Assembly: GCA_016191465.1 (NCBI GenBank)
Contig: JACPOP010000008.1
Span: forward strand, 113,129 to 177,128
Reading direction: 5' to 3'
Source: Chloroflexota bacterium
GTDB taxonomy: Bacteria > Chloroflexota > UBA6077 > CF-72
DNA: 64,000 bases
The notes under the pieces were generated by a model. The model was given only the letters and a program-made list of their open reading frames with translations, ran no database searches and was not told the DNA's origin. The position numbers and the translations under genes are program-made. Shown piece by piece: positions 1 through 9,579 of the stretch; positions within the stretch are counted from its first letter, which is position 1; each line of letters begins with the position of its first letter.

Positions 1-516
1 TCCGATGAGCTTTCCGACGGCAGCCGCGCCGCCGAACGGCCCGATGACCCCAGGCGAATGCCAGCCGCGCGAACGAAAGGCGGGGTAATTCGTCCCGAGG
101 CCCACGCGCGTGGTGGTTTCCAGCCCGGCGATGATCGCCAGCAGCAGCGCGCGCCCGCTCACGTCGAGGCGCTCGGCTGTTGCCAATGCAGGCGGCACAA
201 CTTCGGGACTCACGTGGCAGAGGGTCGGTCGGTGAACGTCACACACGGTCACCGCGGTCATGAGATAGCCGTTCACAAGCGTGGCGCCGGCCGCCGACAG
301 GCCAGATCCGCCAATAACCGTGGATTCCTCCGAGGCGCCGATCGTGCGAGCCAACGCGGTTACCTGAGCAGTCTCGTCCCCATGGTGTCCCGCGATGGCG
401 CTCCCGACTGAATCGAGCAGGATGTCCTTCGCGCGCTCGCGCACGCGACTGGGCACATCTTCGAGACGAAGGCCGGCAACGAACGCCGCAAGGTCACTGG
501 TGGGAGTGGCGCTCAT
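1..516 (-). CDS. MmgE/PrpD family protein (5' part; runs off the window)
   Basis: Not in the ORF track because it is truncated. Manual translation from ATG at 516: MSATPTSDLAAFVAGLRLEDVPSRVRERAKDILLDSVGSAIAG...GWHSPGVIGPFGGAAAVGKLIG, typical of PrpD. GGAGG RBS upstream. Confidence 0.85.
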   Translation of the reverse strand, partial: MSATPTSDLAAFVAGLRLEDVPSRVRERAKDILLDSVGSAIAGHHGDETAQVTALARTIGASEESTVIGGSGLSAAGATLVNGYLMTAVTVCDVHRPTLCHVSPEVVPPALATAERLDVSGRALLLAIIAGLETTTRVGLGTNYPAFRSRGWHSPGVIGPFGGAAAVGKLIG

Positions 517-699
517 CTCTTCCGAGCCTCCTGGGAGTGTGGGCTCTGCCTCCGGGGGTGAACCACCGGGTGCGACAGTCTCACGGAATGATATCCGCGG
601 CACGCACTTTGGGCGAGGGTGGAGGGTGAGCCGGACCCCACGCTCCGGCGCGGATTCCCGTCGCTCGGGAAGCGCGGTGTGCGATGATCCGGGACTGTT

Positions 700-1158
700 A
701 TGGGACGCATTGACGAACGCTTGAAGGAGCTCGGGATCGCGCTGCCGGCTCCGCGGACTCCGATGGCCAATTACGTGCCCGCGGTACGCGTGGGCAACCT
801 GGTGTACACCGCGGGCCAGGTCTCGGCGGCGGCAGGACGCGAATTCAAGGGGAAGCTTGGCCAGGACCTGGATGTCGAGGCGGGTCGTCAGGCTGCCCGA
901 ATGTGCGCCATCAACTGCCTGGGGGCGCTGCTCAGTCAGGTGGATTCGCTCGACCGCGTGAAACGCATCGTGCGCGTTGGCGCCTTCGTGCAGAGCGCCG
1001 CTGGCTTCGATCAGCAGCCGGCGGTCGCCAATGGCGCGAGCGATCTCCTCGTGGAGGTGTTTGGCGAGGCTGGCAAGCATGCCCGCGCGGCGGTGGGCGT
1101 GAACGAGCTCCCGCTGGGTTTCGCCGTCGAGATTGATCTCATCGCGGAAGTCGAATAG
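700..1158 (+). CDS. RidA/YjgF/UK114 family protein
   Basis: [50 protein letters not shown] motifs. Confidence 0.92.
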   Translation: MGRIDERLKELGIALPAPRTPMANYVPAVRVGNLVYTAGQVSAAAGREFKGKLGQDLDVEAGRQAARMCAINCLGALLSQVDSLDRVKRIVRVGAFVQSAAGFDQQPAVANGASDLLVEVFGEAGKHARAAVGVNELPLGFAVEIDLIAEVE

Positions 1159-1261
1159 GTCGGGCGAAGTGCCCGAACGGCCGATTGAGATTGACGCTTG
1201 CGAGGCAGCGTCCCTATCCTTCGGCCCACGCACCACGTAGAAGGAGGCGACACGACAGGCT

Positions 1262-1612
1262 ATGCCCGGTCTAGGTCCCTGGGAACTGATCATCATCTTG
1301 CTCATCGTCGTCGTCATCTTCGGCGCGGGCAGGCTCTCGGAAATTGGCGGCGCCCTCGGTCGAGGGATCCGCGAATTCCGCTCCGCCACGAAGGACGAAG
1401 AAGAGAAAGCTGCGGCCGCGGCGGCAGCAGGCGGCTCGACCACGGTTACCACCACGGTGTCGCCGGCGTCGGCGGCCAGCACCGCTCCCACCGCCGCGCC
1501 GACCACGGTGCCTTCCGCGGGCGACCACCGCTGCGCCTCCTGCGGGACGGTCAATCCGCCCAGCCAGGTATTTTGCGGCCAGTGCGGCTCGAAGCTCACC
1601 ATCGCGGCCTGA
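1262..1612 (+). CDS. tatA: TatA/E twin-arginine translocase subunit with C-terminal zinc ribbon
   Basis: [36 protein letters not shown] is the TatA TM plus amphipathic helix; C-terminal CASC...CGQCG; AAGGAGG RBS. Confidence 0.9.
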   Translation: MPGLGPWELIIILLIVVVIFGAGRLSEIGGALGRGIREFRSATKDEEEKAAAAAAAGGSTTVTTTVSPASAASTAPTAAPTTVPSAGDHRCASCGTVNPPSQVFCGQCGSKLTIAA

Positions 1613-1731
1613 ACGGCTAGGCGAGAGCGCCACCCGATTCTGGTGCGCCACCCGATCGCGGACAACCGCGCCGGCGTAGCGCGTCAGGCGCCTCTCGACC
1701 GAACCCGACGGCCGCCGGTGTACACCACGCT

Positions 1732-2355
1732 GTGCCCGCCGCGGACCGGGCGCTCCTGATCTTCGCCGGCGGGCGCGCCACACGGCTCGGCGGGGTCAAC
1801 AAGGGCCTCCTCCGGGTGGGCGGCCAAACCATTCTCGAAAGAATCCTCGACGCGCTGGGGCCGCTTGCCGCCGAGCGGGTGGCGCTGGGGCCGGCGGACG
1901 CCCTCTCGGGCCTCCGAGGTGTGCGCTCCGTGCCAGACCTCGAGCCGTTCGCCGGTGTGCTCCCGGCGCTGGCCCACGGGCTGGCCTCCACTACCGCCGA
2001 CGTGTGCCTGGCCGTCGCCTTCGACATGCCATTCGCCTCTCGGGCCGTGTTCGAGCGACTACTGCAGGTGCAGCACGAGCGGGCTGCCGACGTCGTCATC
2101 CCGCGGACCGCGGGCTTCCTGGAGCCCATGCACGCCGTCTACCGGCGCGCGCCCGTGGAGGCGGCCATCAACGCGGCGCTGGCACGTGGGGAGCGGCGGA
2201 TGGTGGCGTACTTCGAGAGCGTCCGCGTCGAAGAAGTGGACGCCGCGAGCCTGACCGACCTGGATCCGCCGGGGCGGGCGTTCTTCAACGTGAACACCCC
2301 CGAAGACCTGGCGTCCGCCCGGCAGGCCGCTGGTGACGACCTGCCGGGGAGATAG
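1732..2355 (+). CDS. mobA: Molybdenum cofactor guanylyltransferase
   Basis: AGGRATRLGGVNKGLL, DMPF, EPMHAVY, FFNVNTPEDL. Confidence 0.9.
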   Translation: MPAADRALLIFAGGRATRLGGVNKGLLRVGGQTILERILDALGPLAAERVALGPADALSGLRGVRSVPDLEPFAGVLPALAHGLASTTADVCLAVAFDMPFASRAVFERLLQVQHERAADVVIPRTAGFLEPMHAVYRRAPVEAAINAALARGERRMVAYFESVRVEEVDAASLTDLDPPGRAFFNVNTPEDLASARQAAGDDLPGR

Positions 2356-2386
2356 GAAGCTGCTGCGGGGGGGTGGTGGCAGAGCG

Positions 2387-3043
2387 CTAGCTGCCGGTAC
2401 CTGAGGCTGGATCCGCGGGAGCGGCAGTTGAAGCGGCATCGGCGGCACTCTCGCCGCCCGCGGGCTCCTCTTCGGTGATCGGTGCGTTGACGACGGCGAT
2501 CACCGTATCGGGCGGGTCCAGGAAGAGCACGCCGCTGGGTGGAGTGAGGTGCGATACGTGGATGCTGCTGCCGAGCTCCACCAGGCCCGTCAGGTCAACC
2601 TCGACCGACTCAGGGAGATTTCCGGCGAGCGCCTCGATCTTCAGCTCCGTCATCGGGTGCAGCAGCACGCCACCGAGTGACCGCACCGCGGGCGCCTCGC
2701 CGGTGAACCGAACCGGCACCGTGGACGAAACCCGCTCGGTCATCGAGACAGCCTGGAAGTCGACGTGGGTGAGCTTGCCCGTGCGGGAATCACGCGTGAA
2801 CGACTTGACCAGCGCTGGCTGAGCGGCGCCTTCCACGAGGAGCGAGACGAGGTGCGTTCGGCCACCCTCGGCGAACAGGTGCTCCAGCGCGCGCAAAGGC
2901 GCCTGAATGGCGCGGGATGCGCCATGGCCAAAGATGTTCGCGGGAACGATGCCTTCGCGCCGCAACCGGGCCACATGCTTGCCCGTCACCGTGCGCGTTT
3001 GCGCTGCAAGCTCGATCTGCTTCTTCGTCGTACCCGTGTCCAT
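2387..3043 (-). CDS. rplY: 50S ribosomal protein L25/Ctc
   Basis: RTVTGKHVARLRREGIVPANIFG, HVDFQAV, plus Ctc C-terminal domain. Confidence 0.95.
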   Translation of the reverse strand: MDTGTTKKQIELAAQTRTVTGKHVARLRREGIVPANIFGHGASRAIQAPLRALEHLFAEGGRTHLVSLLVEGAAQPALVKSFTRDSRTGKLTHVDFQAVSMTERVSSTVPVRFTGEAPAVRSLGGVLLHPMTELKIEALAGNLPESVEVDLTGLVELGSSIHVSHLTPPSGVLFLDPPDTVIAVVNAPITEEEPAGGESAADAASTAAPADPASGTGS

Positions 3044-3176
3044 CGACCTGATCCTCCTGGGGTGCGCAAGGCAGATCCTCGCCGCGACCCATGCCGCATC
3101 AACGGCATCTCAATCTGCTGGGCAGTATACGAACGCACTTCCCTCGTCCCAGTCTTCCTCATAGCATCCGCTGGTT

Positions 3177-3461
3177 ATGTCGCCCGAGGTCGCCGCGCTC
3201 CTCTCGGTGGTCCCGCCGTGGCTGCTGCTCGCACTGCTCATCGGCGTCGTCAACGCGGCGGCCTGCTTTCTCGTGCTCGGCCGCCGTACGCCAAACCTGG
3301 CCTGGTATGCGCTGATTGGTGCGTTGGCGGCCGGAGTGGGCCAGGTCATCGGCCAGGCCCTCCACGTGCCCGAGCCGGTACGTATCGGCGAGCTGAACCT
3401 TCTGGCCGCCTCCGCCAGCACCTGGGGCGTGCTGGCAGTAGCGCGGACGGCGGGACTGTAG
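3177..3461 (+). CDS. Small integral membrane protein, unknown function
   Basis: 94 aa, about 3 hydrophobic segments, fills the gap between rplY and the FHA genes. Confidence 0.7.
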   Translation: MSPEVAALLSVVPPWLLLALLIGVVNAAACFLVLGRRTPNLAWYALIGALAAGVGQVIGQALHVPEPVRIGELNLLAASASTWGVLAVARTAGL

Positions 3462-3539
3462 GAGCCCGATTCGCCGCCTCGCGGCAGGCGCGGCGCCCAC
3501 GTGCGCGCGGCGACAACCGCGCGTGCCTATCATGAATAC

Positions 3540-4301
3540 ATGCTGTCTCGCTTCGAGCACCTGCTCGAAGAGGCTATCGAAGGTGGCGCCCGGCGCCTCT
3601 TCCCCGCCAGGCTCCAACCTATCCAGCTTGCCAAGGCCGCAGCCCGGGCCTTGGAGGAGAGCGTCGTCATCTCCACCAGGGGCGCGGTGGGTGCAAACGT
3701 CTTCACGCTGCGCCTCGCGCCAGCCGACCTGGATCGCCTCGCCCCGTACCGCGGGTCGCTTGGCGAAGAGGTAGCGCGGTACATCGAGTCGTACGCCGAA
3801 GACCGAGGGTTCCTCCTGGCCGGCCCGTTGGAGGTGAATTTCTTCTCGGACGAGCGGGTGCAGATGGGTCGCGTGAGGGCCCAGGCAGAGGTCCTGCGCG
3901 ATGCGGAGCCGGCACCCCCGGAGCCCGCACCCCGCGCGCGCTCGGAGCCGCTACCACGGGTGGTCCGGCCCAGGGGAGCGCCGTCCCTCCAGGCGCGTCC
4001 TGCTCCAACGGCGTGGCTCCTGGACCCGGAGAACCGCCCCATCGAGCTCGATCCAGAGGACGGGCCGCTGCGCGTCGGCCGCTCCCCGGATAACGACGTC
4101 GTGCTCGGGGATAGCACGGTCTCGCGCTACCACGCCCAGGTGTGGCCACGGTCCGGCGGCTGGTCCGTACAGGACCTCGGCAGCACAAATGGGACGGCCG
4201 TCGCGGACCAGCCCATCGGCAGCGATGCGCGTGTGCTCGCGGATGGCGACAGCGTGCGATTTGGCGGCATCCACCTGCGCTACGTTGAACGGCTCGGCTG
4301 A
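3540..4301 (+). CDS. FhaA-like protein (DUF3662 + FHA domain)
   Basis: N-terminal LSRFEHLLEEAIEG...RLQPIQLAK; C-terminal FHA motifs GRSPDND, VSRYHA, DLGSTNGT. Confidence 0.9.
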   Translation: MLSRFEHLLEEAIEGGARRLFPARLQPIQLAKAAARALEESVVISTRGAVGANVFTLRLAPADLDRLAPYRGSLGEEVARYIESYAEDRGFLLAGPLEVNFFSDERVQMGRVRAQAEVLRDAEPAPPEPAPRARSEPLPRVVRPRGAPSLQARPAPTAWLLDPENRPIELDPEDGPLRVGRSPDNDVVLGDSTVSRYHAQVWPRSGGWSVQDLGSTNGTAVADQPIGSDARVLADGDSVRFGGIHLRYVERLG

Positions 4302-4795
4302 TGGAACCGCTCGATGTGGCCGTCCTGGCGCTCCGGTTTGGCATGGTGCTGTTGCTGTACGCGTTCATCCTCGGCGTGCTGCGCGCCGCGCGGACCAGCC
4401 TTCGCGCTGCCGAAGTTGAGCCCGTCCGAACGGCCGCCCGCGCCGTCGCCTCTGAGTCGCCGTCACAGCGTTCGACCGGGCCCGGGGTGCTGATCTTGAG
4501 GGTCGTTGAGCCGGGGGGCTCTGGGCTTCAGCCTGGCGAAACGTTTCAGCTCCACGGAGAGGCAATTGTCGGCCGCGCCGCAACCGCCGACGTGCAGGTG
4601 CCAGATTCGACTGTCTCGAATCGCCATGCTCGCTTTCAGCCGCGTTCGGACGGATGGACCTTTCAAGATCTGGGCAGCACCAACGGCAGCCAGGTAGACG
4701 GCGCCACGGCATCCGGCCCTGTTAACCTGCGGCCAGGGGCGCAGGTGGCACTTGGCCGGGTGGTGCTCGTGGTTGACTCGCATGACAAGGCGTAG
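4301..4795 (+). CDS. FhaB/FipA-like membrane-anchored FHA protein
   Basis: N-terminal TM; FHA motifs VGR, VSNRHA, DLGSTNGS; TGATG overlap with the upstream gene. Confidence 0.9.
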   Translation: MEPLDVAVLALRFGMVLLLYAFILGVLRAARTSLRAAEVEPVRTAARAVASESPSQRSTGPGVLILRVVEPGGSGLQPGETFQLHGEAIVGRAATADVQVPDSTVSNRHARFQPRSDGWTFQDLGSTNGSQVDGATASGPVNLRPGAQVALGRVVLVVDSHDKA

Positions 4796-4854
4796 CCCGG
4801 GCACGTACGCTGCACCCTGGGCGCCGACCCATTCAGGAGGCTTCAGAACACGCT

Positions 4855-5310
4855 ATGGCTATGCAAGACCGACCGTCTGACGATCTCGCCACCACGATCA
4901 CCGACGCCGTTGAAGAAGTGCTGGTGACGATCATCGAGACCATTCGCGAGCGTCCGGCTGTTGTGGCCGCGTTGCTCGCCGGCATCCTTGGCACCACGAT
5001 CGGCCTTGCGCTGGCGGGACGCGGACGCAAGCAGCCGCCCGTGGAGCGTGCTCGCAAGGCGGGTATGGGCCTGCTCGGGGGCATGGCCGATGCCGTCGAC
5101 TTCGAGGAGCGGTCGCGGCGCGTCTCCAAGCGTCTGGGCCGCTCCACGGAGCGCGTGGACAAGAAGAGCGGCGGCCTGCTTTCGCGCGTCATGGACCTGC
5201 GATCGGCCGCGGACCTGGTTCCGCTGGCAATGCAACTGATGGAGAACCCGATTGTGCGAACGTACCTTCAGAACACCGTCGCCAAGCAGGTCCAGAAGCG
5301 GTTCAAGTAG
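4855..5310 (+). CDS. Hypothetical single-TM protein
   Basis: AGGAGG RBS, one TM (AVVAALLAGILGTTIGLALAG), basic helical C-terminus. Confidence 0.75.
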   Translation: MAMQDRPSDDLATTITDAVEEVLVTIIETIRERPAVVAALLAGILGTTIGLALAGRGRKQPPVERARKAGMGLLGGMADAVDFEERSRRVSKRLGRSTERVDKKSGGLLSRVMDLRSAADLVPLAMQLMENPIVRTYLQNTVAKQVQKRFK

Positions 5311-5379
5311 CGTCCCTCGCCGCCGGAACGAACATTCGTTCTACCCCAAGCTGGCGCCGGGTACACTGCCGGCGTCGCC

Positions 5380-8184
5380 GTGTCATTGCCGCAGGTTCTG
5401 CTCGCCCCGGGAGCCCCCTCCGCGATTGGCCGCGTCCGCGGCGTTGCGCTGGCCTGGGCTCCCGGGGGCGCGCCGCGCGGCAAGCGTCACCGGTTTTCGG
5501 CACTCGTCTTTCAGGGCGAACGGGTCGACGAGCGGATTGACGGCACGGCCGGGGATGCCGCCTCGCTCCAGCGCCTGCGGCAGGTGACGCAGGCGCTTCC
5601 CGTCGTCGCGGCCGGCGAGCGCGAGGCGCGCGGTATTCTGGGCCCCACGCATCCCGGTCCAGTGTGGGACGTGCTGCAGCTTGCGGCGGCCGTTCGGCCC
5701 GATCTCCCAGGGGGAAGCCCCGAGCGGCTGGGGGCAGCCGTCGGCATCGGCATCGAGGAGCGGACGCCCGAAGGCGTTCTGACGCTCGTCCACCAGGTCT
5801 TCCTGCGACTGGTCGAGACGATCGCCGGGACCGACGCCGGCAGCCTGGCGCACGTCTTGCGGCTGGTGGCGCCGCTGGATTGGCCGCTCGGGTCGCTCTT
5901 TGCCGAGATCGAACGCCATCGCGTTCGCGCCGCGCTCGAAGGCGCTCCCCAGGACGCCGACGGCGCCGACTTCGCCAGTTGGATCGCCCGCGCCACGCCC
6001 GTCCAGGCTCCGCCACGGCAGCACGGGGGCGCGGGTGCACGAACGCGGGGGATCGAGCTCGCCGAGGCGCTCGGTCCATTCCAGGCCGGAGGGCCGCTGG
6101 CCCTGGCCATGCCGGGCTACGAGGCACGCGCGGAGCAGGTCCAGATGGTCACGTCTGTGGTGGAGTGCCTCAATCAGGGCGGACCTCTCCTGGTGGAGGC
6201 CGGCACGGGCACGGGCAAGAGTCTCGCCTACCTTGTTCCAGCAGCGCTCGCGGCGGCGCGGAACCGCTGGCGCGTGGTGGTCTCCACCGCCACCATCAAT
6301 CTCCAGGACCAGTTGCACCAGAAGGACCTCCCAATCCTGCGAGCCGCCCTTGGGGCCGCGCGTGCGCCGCGCGCGGCGGTGCTCAAGGGGCGCAACAACT
6401 ACCTGTGCATCCGACGCTGGCTGGCGCTCCTTCAGACCCCCGAGCTGGAGGCCGAGGAGCGAGCTCTCCTGGTCAAGACGCTCTTCTGGCTCCCCGGCAC
6501 GGCGACGGGCGATCGAGCGGAGCTACAGCTCACGCCCGGGGAAGAAATGGCCTGGAGCCGCCTCGCGGCCATTCCGGAAGCGTGTACTCCCGCCCGGTGT
6601 GCGTTTCATCGCTCGGGGGTGTGTTTTCTGGCGAGGGCCCGCAGGACTGCCGAGACGAGCCAGGTGGTCATTGCCAATCATGCACTGGTGCTCAGTGACC
6701 TGGTATCCGCGTCGCGCGTGCTGCCGGACTACGACGTGCTGGTGGTGGACGAGGCGCATCAGTTGGAGGATGAGGCCACGGCGCAGCTCGGCTGGCGGCT
6801 CGGCGAGCGCGAGCTGCTGAACCGGTTGGAACGACTCGCCGGGAGCGGCAGCGGTGGGCGCGGATCGACGGGGGCACTCCACGAAGGGCTCGGGCTGCTG
6901 CGTCGCGCGGGCGCTGACCACGCGGCGAGGGCCGCCGAGCTTGCCGGCGACGTCGCGCGCGCGGAGCGGATCTGCCGGGAGATCGGGGTGGCCATCCGCG
7001 GCACCTATGCGGCGCTGGCCGAGATCCTCCGCGGCGACGCACCGGCTTCGGACGACTCGGCGACGACGCTGCGGATCACGGGAGCCGTCCGCGCGGGCAG
7101 CCACTGGACCGACGTCGAAGCGGCCTGGGATGCCGGGGCGCGGAAGCTCCCCGAGGTGCTGCGCGTCGCCCGTGACGTGAACGGCCGCCTGGAGGAGATC
7201 CCGCCGGGCGCTCGGAGGGACGACCTTCGCGAGCTGCTCTCCGAGCTTGCCGGCCATACCGACTTCTGGGGTGAAACCACCGCACGCCTCTCGGAGGCGC
7301 TTCACACCCCGGATCGGGGGACGGTGTACTGGCTTTCAGGAGCGCGACGATCCACGCCCTATGTCAACGCGGCGCCGCTGGACGTGTCTGAGACCCTTTC
7401 CAGCCAGCTCTTCGCGCCCAGGGAAGCGACGGTCCTGGTCTCGGCCACCCTCACGGTCGACGGGTCCTTTGCCTACGTGAAGGAGCGGCTGGGCCTGCGG
7501 GACGCCGCCGATGCCGACGTGGGCTCGCCGTTCGACTTCAAGCGTTCGGCGCTGCTGTACGTGCCGTACGACATCCCCGAGCCGAATCAGCCCGGGTACC
7601 AGGAGGCGCTCGAAACCGCCACCTTCGAGGCGATCGTCGCCGCGCGCGGCAGGACGCTGGCCCTGTTCACCAGTCGAGCCCAGCTTCAACAGACCTACGA
7701 CGCCCTGCGCGAGCGCCTGGCTGCCGCGGACATCGCGCTCCTCGGACAGGGAATCGACGAATCGTCCCGGACCCGGTTGTTGGACCGCTTCCGCCACGGT
7801 GACCGTGTTGCGCTCTTCGGCACATCGTCCTTCTGGGAAGGCATCGACGTGGTCGGTGAGGCGCTGAGCTGCGTGGTGCTCGCTCGCCTACCGTTCTCGG
7901 TCCCTTCTGATCCGATCTACGCGGCCCGAGCTGAGCAGTTCGAGGACCCGTTCAGCTCGTACGCTGTGCCGCAGGCCGTGCTGCGCTTCAAGCAGGGCTT
8001 CGGACGCCTCATCCGCTCCAAGACCGACCGTGGGGCCGTGGTGCTGCTAGACCGGCGCATTGCCACGCGCAAGTACGGCAGCGTCTTCCTGCGCTCGCTC
8101 CCGGGCTGCACCGCCAAGCAGGGTCCGCTGAGCCGTACGGCACCGCTCATCCGTGATTGGCTGGAAGGCCCCGCGAAGAGTTGA
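5380..8184 (+). CDS. dinG: DinG family ATP-dependent helicase
   Basis: EAGTGTGKS (Walker A), DEAH, four-Cys Fe-S motif (YLC...EAC...RC...VC), FWEGIDV, KQGFGRLIR. Confidence 0.93.
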   Translation: MSLPQVLLAPGAPSAIGRVRGVALAWAPGGAPRGKRHRFSALVFQGERVDERIDGTAGDAASLQRLRQVTQALPVVAAGEREARGILGPTHPGPVWDVLQLAAAVRPDLPGGSPERLGAAVGIGIEERTPEGVLTLVHQVFLRLVETIAGTDAGSLAHVLRLVAPLDWPLGSLFAEIERHRVRAALEGAPQDADGADFASWIARATPVQAPPRQHGGAGARTRGIELAEALGPFQAGGPLALAMPGYEARAEQVQMVTSVVECLNQGGPLLVEAGTGTGKSLAYLVPAALAAARNRWRVVVSTATINLQDQLHQKDLPILRAALGAARAPRAAVLKGRNNYLCIRRWLALLQTPELEAEERALLVKTLFWLPGTATGDRAELQLTPGEEMAWSRLAAIPEACTPARCAFHRSGVCFLARARRTAETSQVVIANHALVLSDLVSASRVLPDYDVLVVDEAHQLEDEATAQLGWRLGERELLNRLERLAGSGSGGRGSTGALHEGLGLLRRAGADHAARAAELAGDVARAERICREIGVAIRGTYAALAEILRGDAPASDDSATTLRITGAVRAGSHWTDVEAAWDAGARKLPEVLRVARDVNGRLEEIPPGARRDDLRELLSELAGHTDFWGETTARLSEALHTPDRGTVYWLSGARRSTPYVNAAPLDVSETLSSQLFAPREATVLVSATLTVDGSFAYVKERLGLRDAADADVGSPFDFKRSALLYVPYDIPEPNQPGYQEALETATFEAIVAARGRTLALFTSRAQLQQTYDALRERLAAADIALLGQGIDESSRTRLLDRFRHGDRVALFGTSSFWEGIDVVGEALSCVVLARLPFSVPSDPIYAARAEQFEDPFSSYAVPQAVLRFKQGFGRLIRSKTDRGAVVLLDRRIATRKYGSVFLRSLPGCTAKQGPLSRTAPLIRDWLEGPAKS

Positions 8185-8248
8185 GCGGGGACGCTGTGTC
8201 GGCGGGGTGCGGCCGTGGTGCGCCTGGAGATCCGCAGCGCGATCCGGG

Positions 8249-9547
8249 TCACGATCCGATGCGATCGAGGATGAGTGAGGGGCGCGGCACGTGGTGGGGG
8301 CTAACCCGCATGCCGCTCAAGAGCGCGGCTTGTGCCTCCGCCAGGCGCTGCTCGTCGTTCACGTGCAGGACGGCCAAAGGCTCCCCGGCGCCGACGGAGT
8401 CACCCACCTTCGCCAGCAGTTCCACGCCGACGGCCAGGTCCACGGAGTCTCCCTTCCGCTCGCGGCCGGCACCGAGGAGCGTCGCGGCGCGGGCCACGCT
8501 CAGCGCGTCTAATCGGGCGAGATAGCCATCGCTCGGGGCCGGGACAGGCACCTGGCGGGCGGCTCGTGGTAATGCTTCGCGGTCCTCGAAGGCCCTCGGG
8601 TCCCCACCCTGCGCCTCCACCAGGCGGCGAAAAGCGGCAAGGCCTGCACCCGTGTTCAACGCTGTCTTCACGTCCTCTCGCCCCTGGAGACCGTCGGTCG
8701 CAAGCGCGACGATCAACGAAGCAAGCTCCACCGCGAATGGCTGCAAGTCGTCTGGCCCGTGGCCCTCGAGCGTGTCAAGCGCCTCGCGCACTTCCAGGGC
8801 ATTGCCCACCGTGCGGCCGAGCGGCTGGCTCATGTCGCTGACCACGGCCGCCATAATGCGGCCCGCCGCTCGGCCGATGGCCACCATGATTTCCGCCAAC
8901 GCCCGCGCTTCCGCCGGGCTTTTCATGAAGGCCCCCGCACCAGCCTTCACGTCGAGCACGATGACGTGCGCGCCCGACGCGAGCTTCTTGGACATGATGC
9001 TGCTGGCAATCAGCGGGAGGCTTGGGACGGTGCCCGTGACGTCGCGGAGCGCGTACAGCTTGCCGTCGGCTGGAGCGAGGTCCGCGGATTGCCCGGTGAT
9101 CACCAGCCCCACGTCCCTTAGCTGGCGGACGAAGCGACGAGCATCGATGTCCATCTGCATGCCCGGGAAGCATTCCAGCTTGTCGACGGTCCCACCGGTG
9201 AACCCCAGGCCCCGCCCGCTCATCTTTCCGACAGGGACACCGCACGCGGCCACCAGCGGCATCACCACCAGCGAGGTCTTGTCGCCCACCCCGCCCGTGG
9301 AGTGTTTGTCGGCAACGGGCCGTCCCACCGACGCCAGGTCAAGCCGCTGGCCAGAGGCAGCCATGACGCGGGTCAGGTCGGCCGCTTCCACCGGTGTCAT
9401 GCCGCGCCAGACCACCGCCATCAGCCAGGCCGCGACCTGGTAATCCGGCACCTCACCGCGGGTAAAGCCCAGCACGAGCTGCTCGATCTCGGAGCGAGTG
9501 TGCTCGCCGCCCTCCCGCTTCTTCTCGATCAGGTCGACGATCCGCAT
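8249..9547 (-). CDS. pdp: Pyrimidine-nucleoside (thymidine) phosphorylase
   Basis: DKHSTGGVGDKTS, KMSGRGLGFTGGTVDKLE, SIMSKKLA. Confidence 0.95.
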   Translation of the reverse strand: MRIVDLIEKKREGGEHTRSEIEQLVLGFTRGEVPDYQVAAWLMAVVWRGMTPVEAADLTRVMAASGQRLDLASVGRPVADKHSTGGVGDKTSLVVMPLVAACGVPVGKMSGRGLGFTGGTVDKLECFPGMQMDIDARRFVRQLRDVGLVITGQSADLAPADGKLYALRDVTGTVPSLPLIASSIMSKKLASGAHVIVLDVKAGAGAFMKSPAEARALAEIMVAIGRAAGRIMAAVVSDMSQPLGRTVGNALEVREALDTLEGHGPDDLQPFAVELASLIVALATDGLQGREDVKTALNTGAGLAAFRRLVEAQGGDPRAFEDREALPRAARQVPVPAPSDGYLARLDALSVARAATLLGAGRERKGDSVDLAVGVELLAKVGDSVGAGEPLAVLHVNDEQRLAEAQAALLSGMRVSPHHVPRPSLILDRIGS

Positions 9548-9579
9548 CGGCGGAGCGTAGCACCGCCGCCGGGGCTTCG

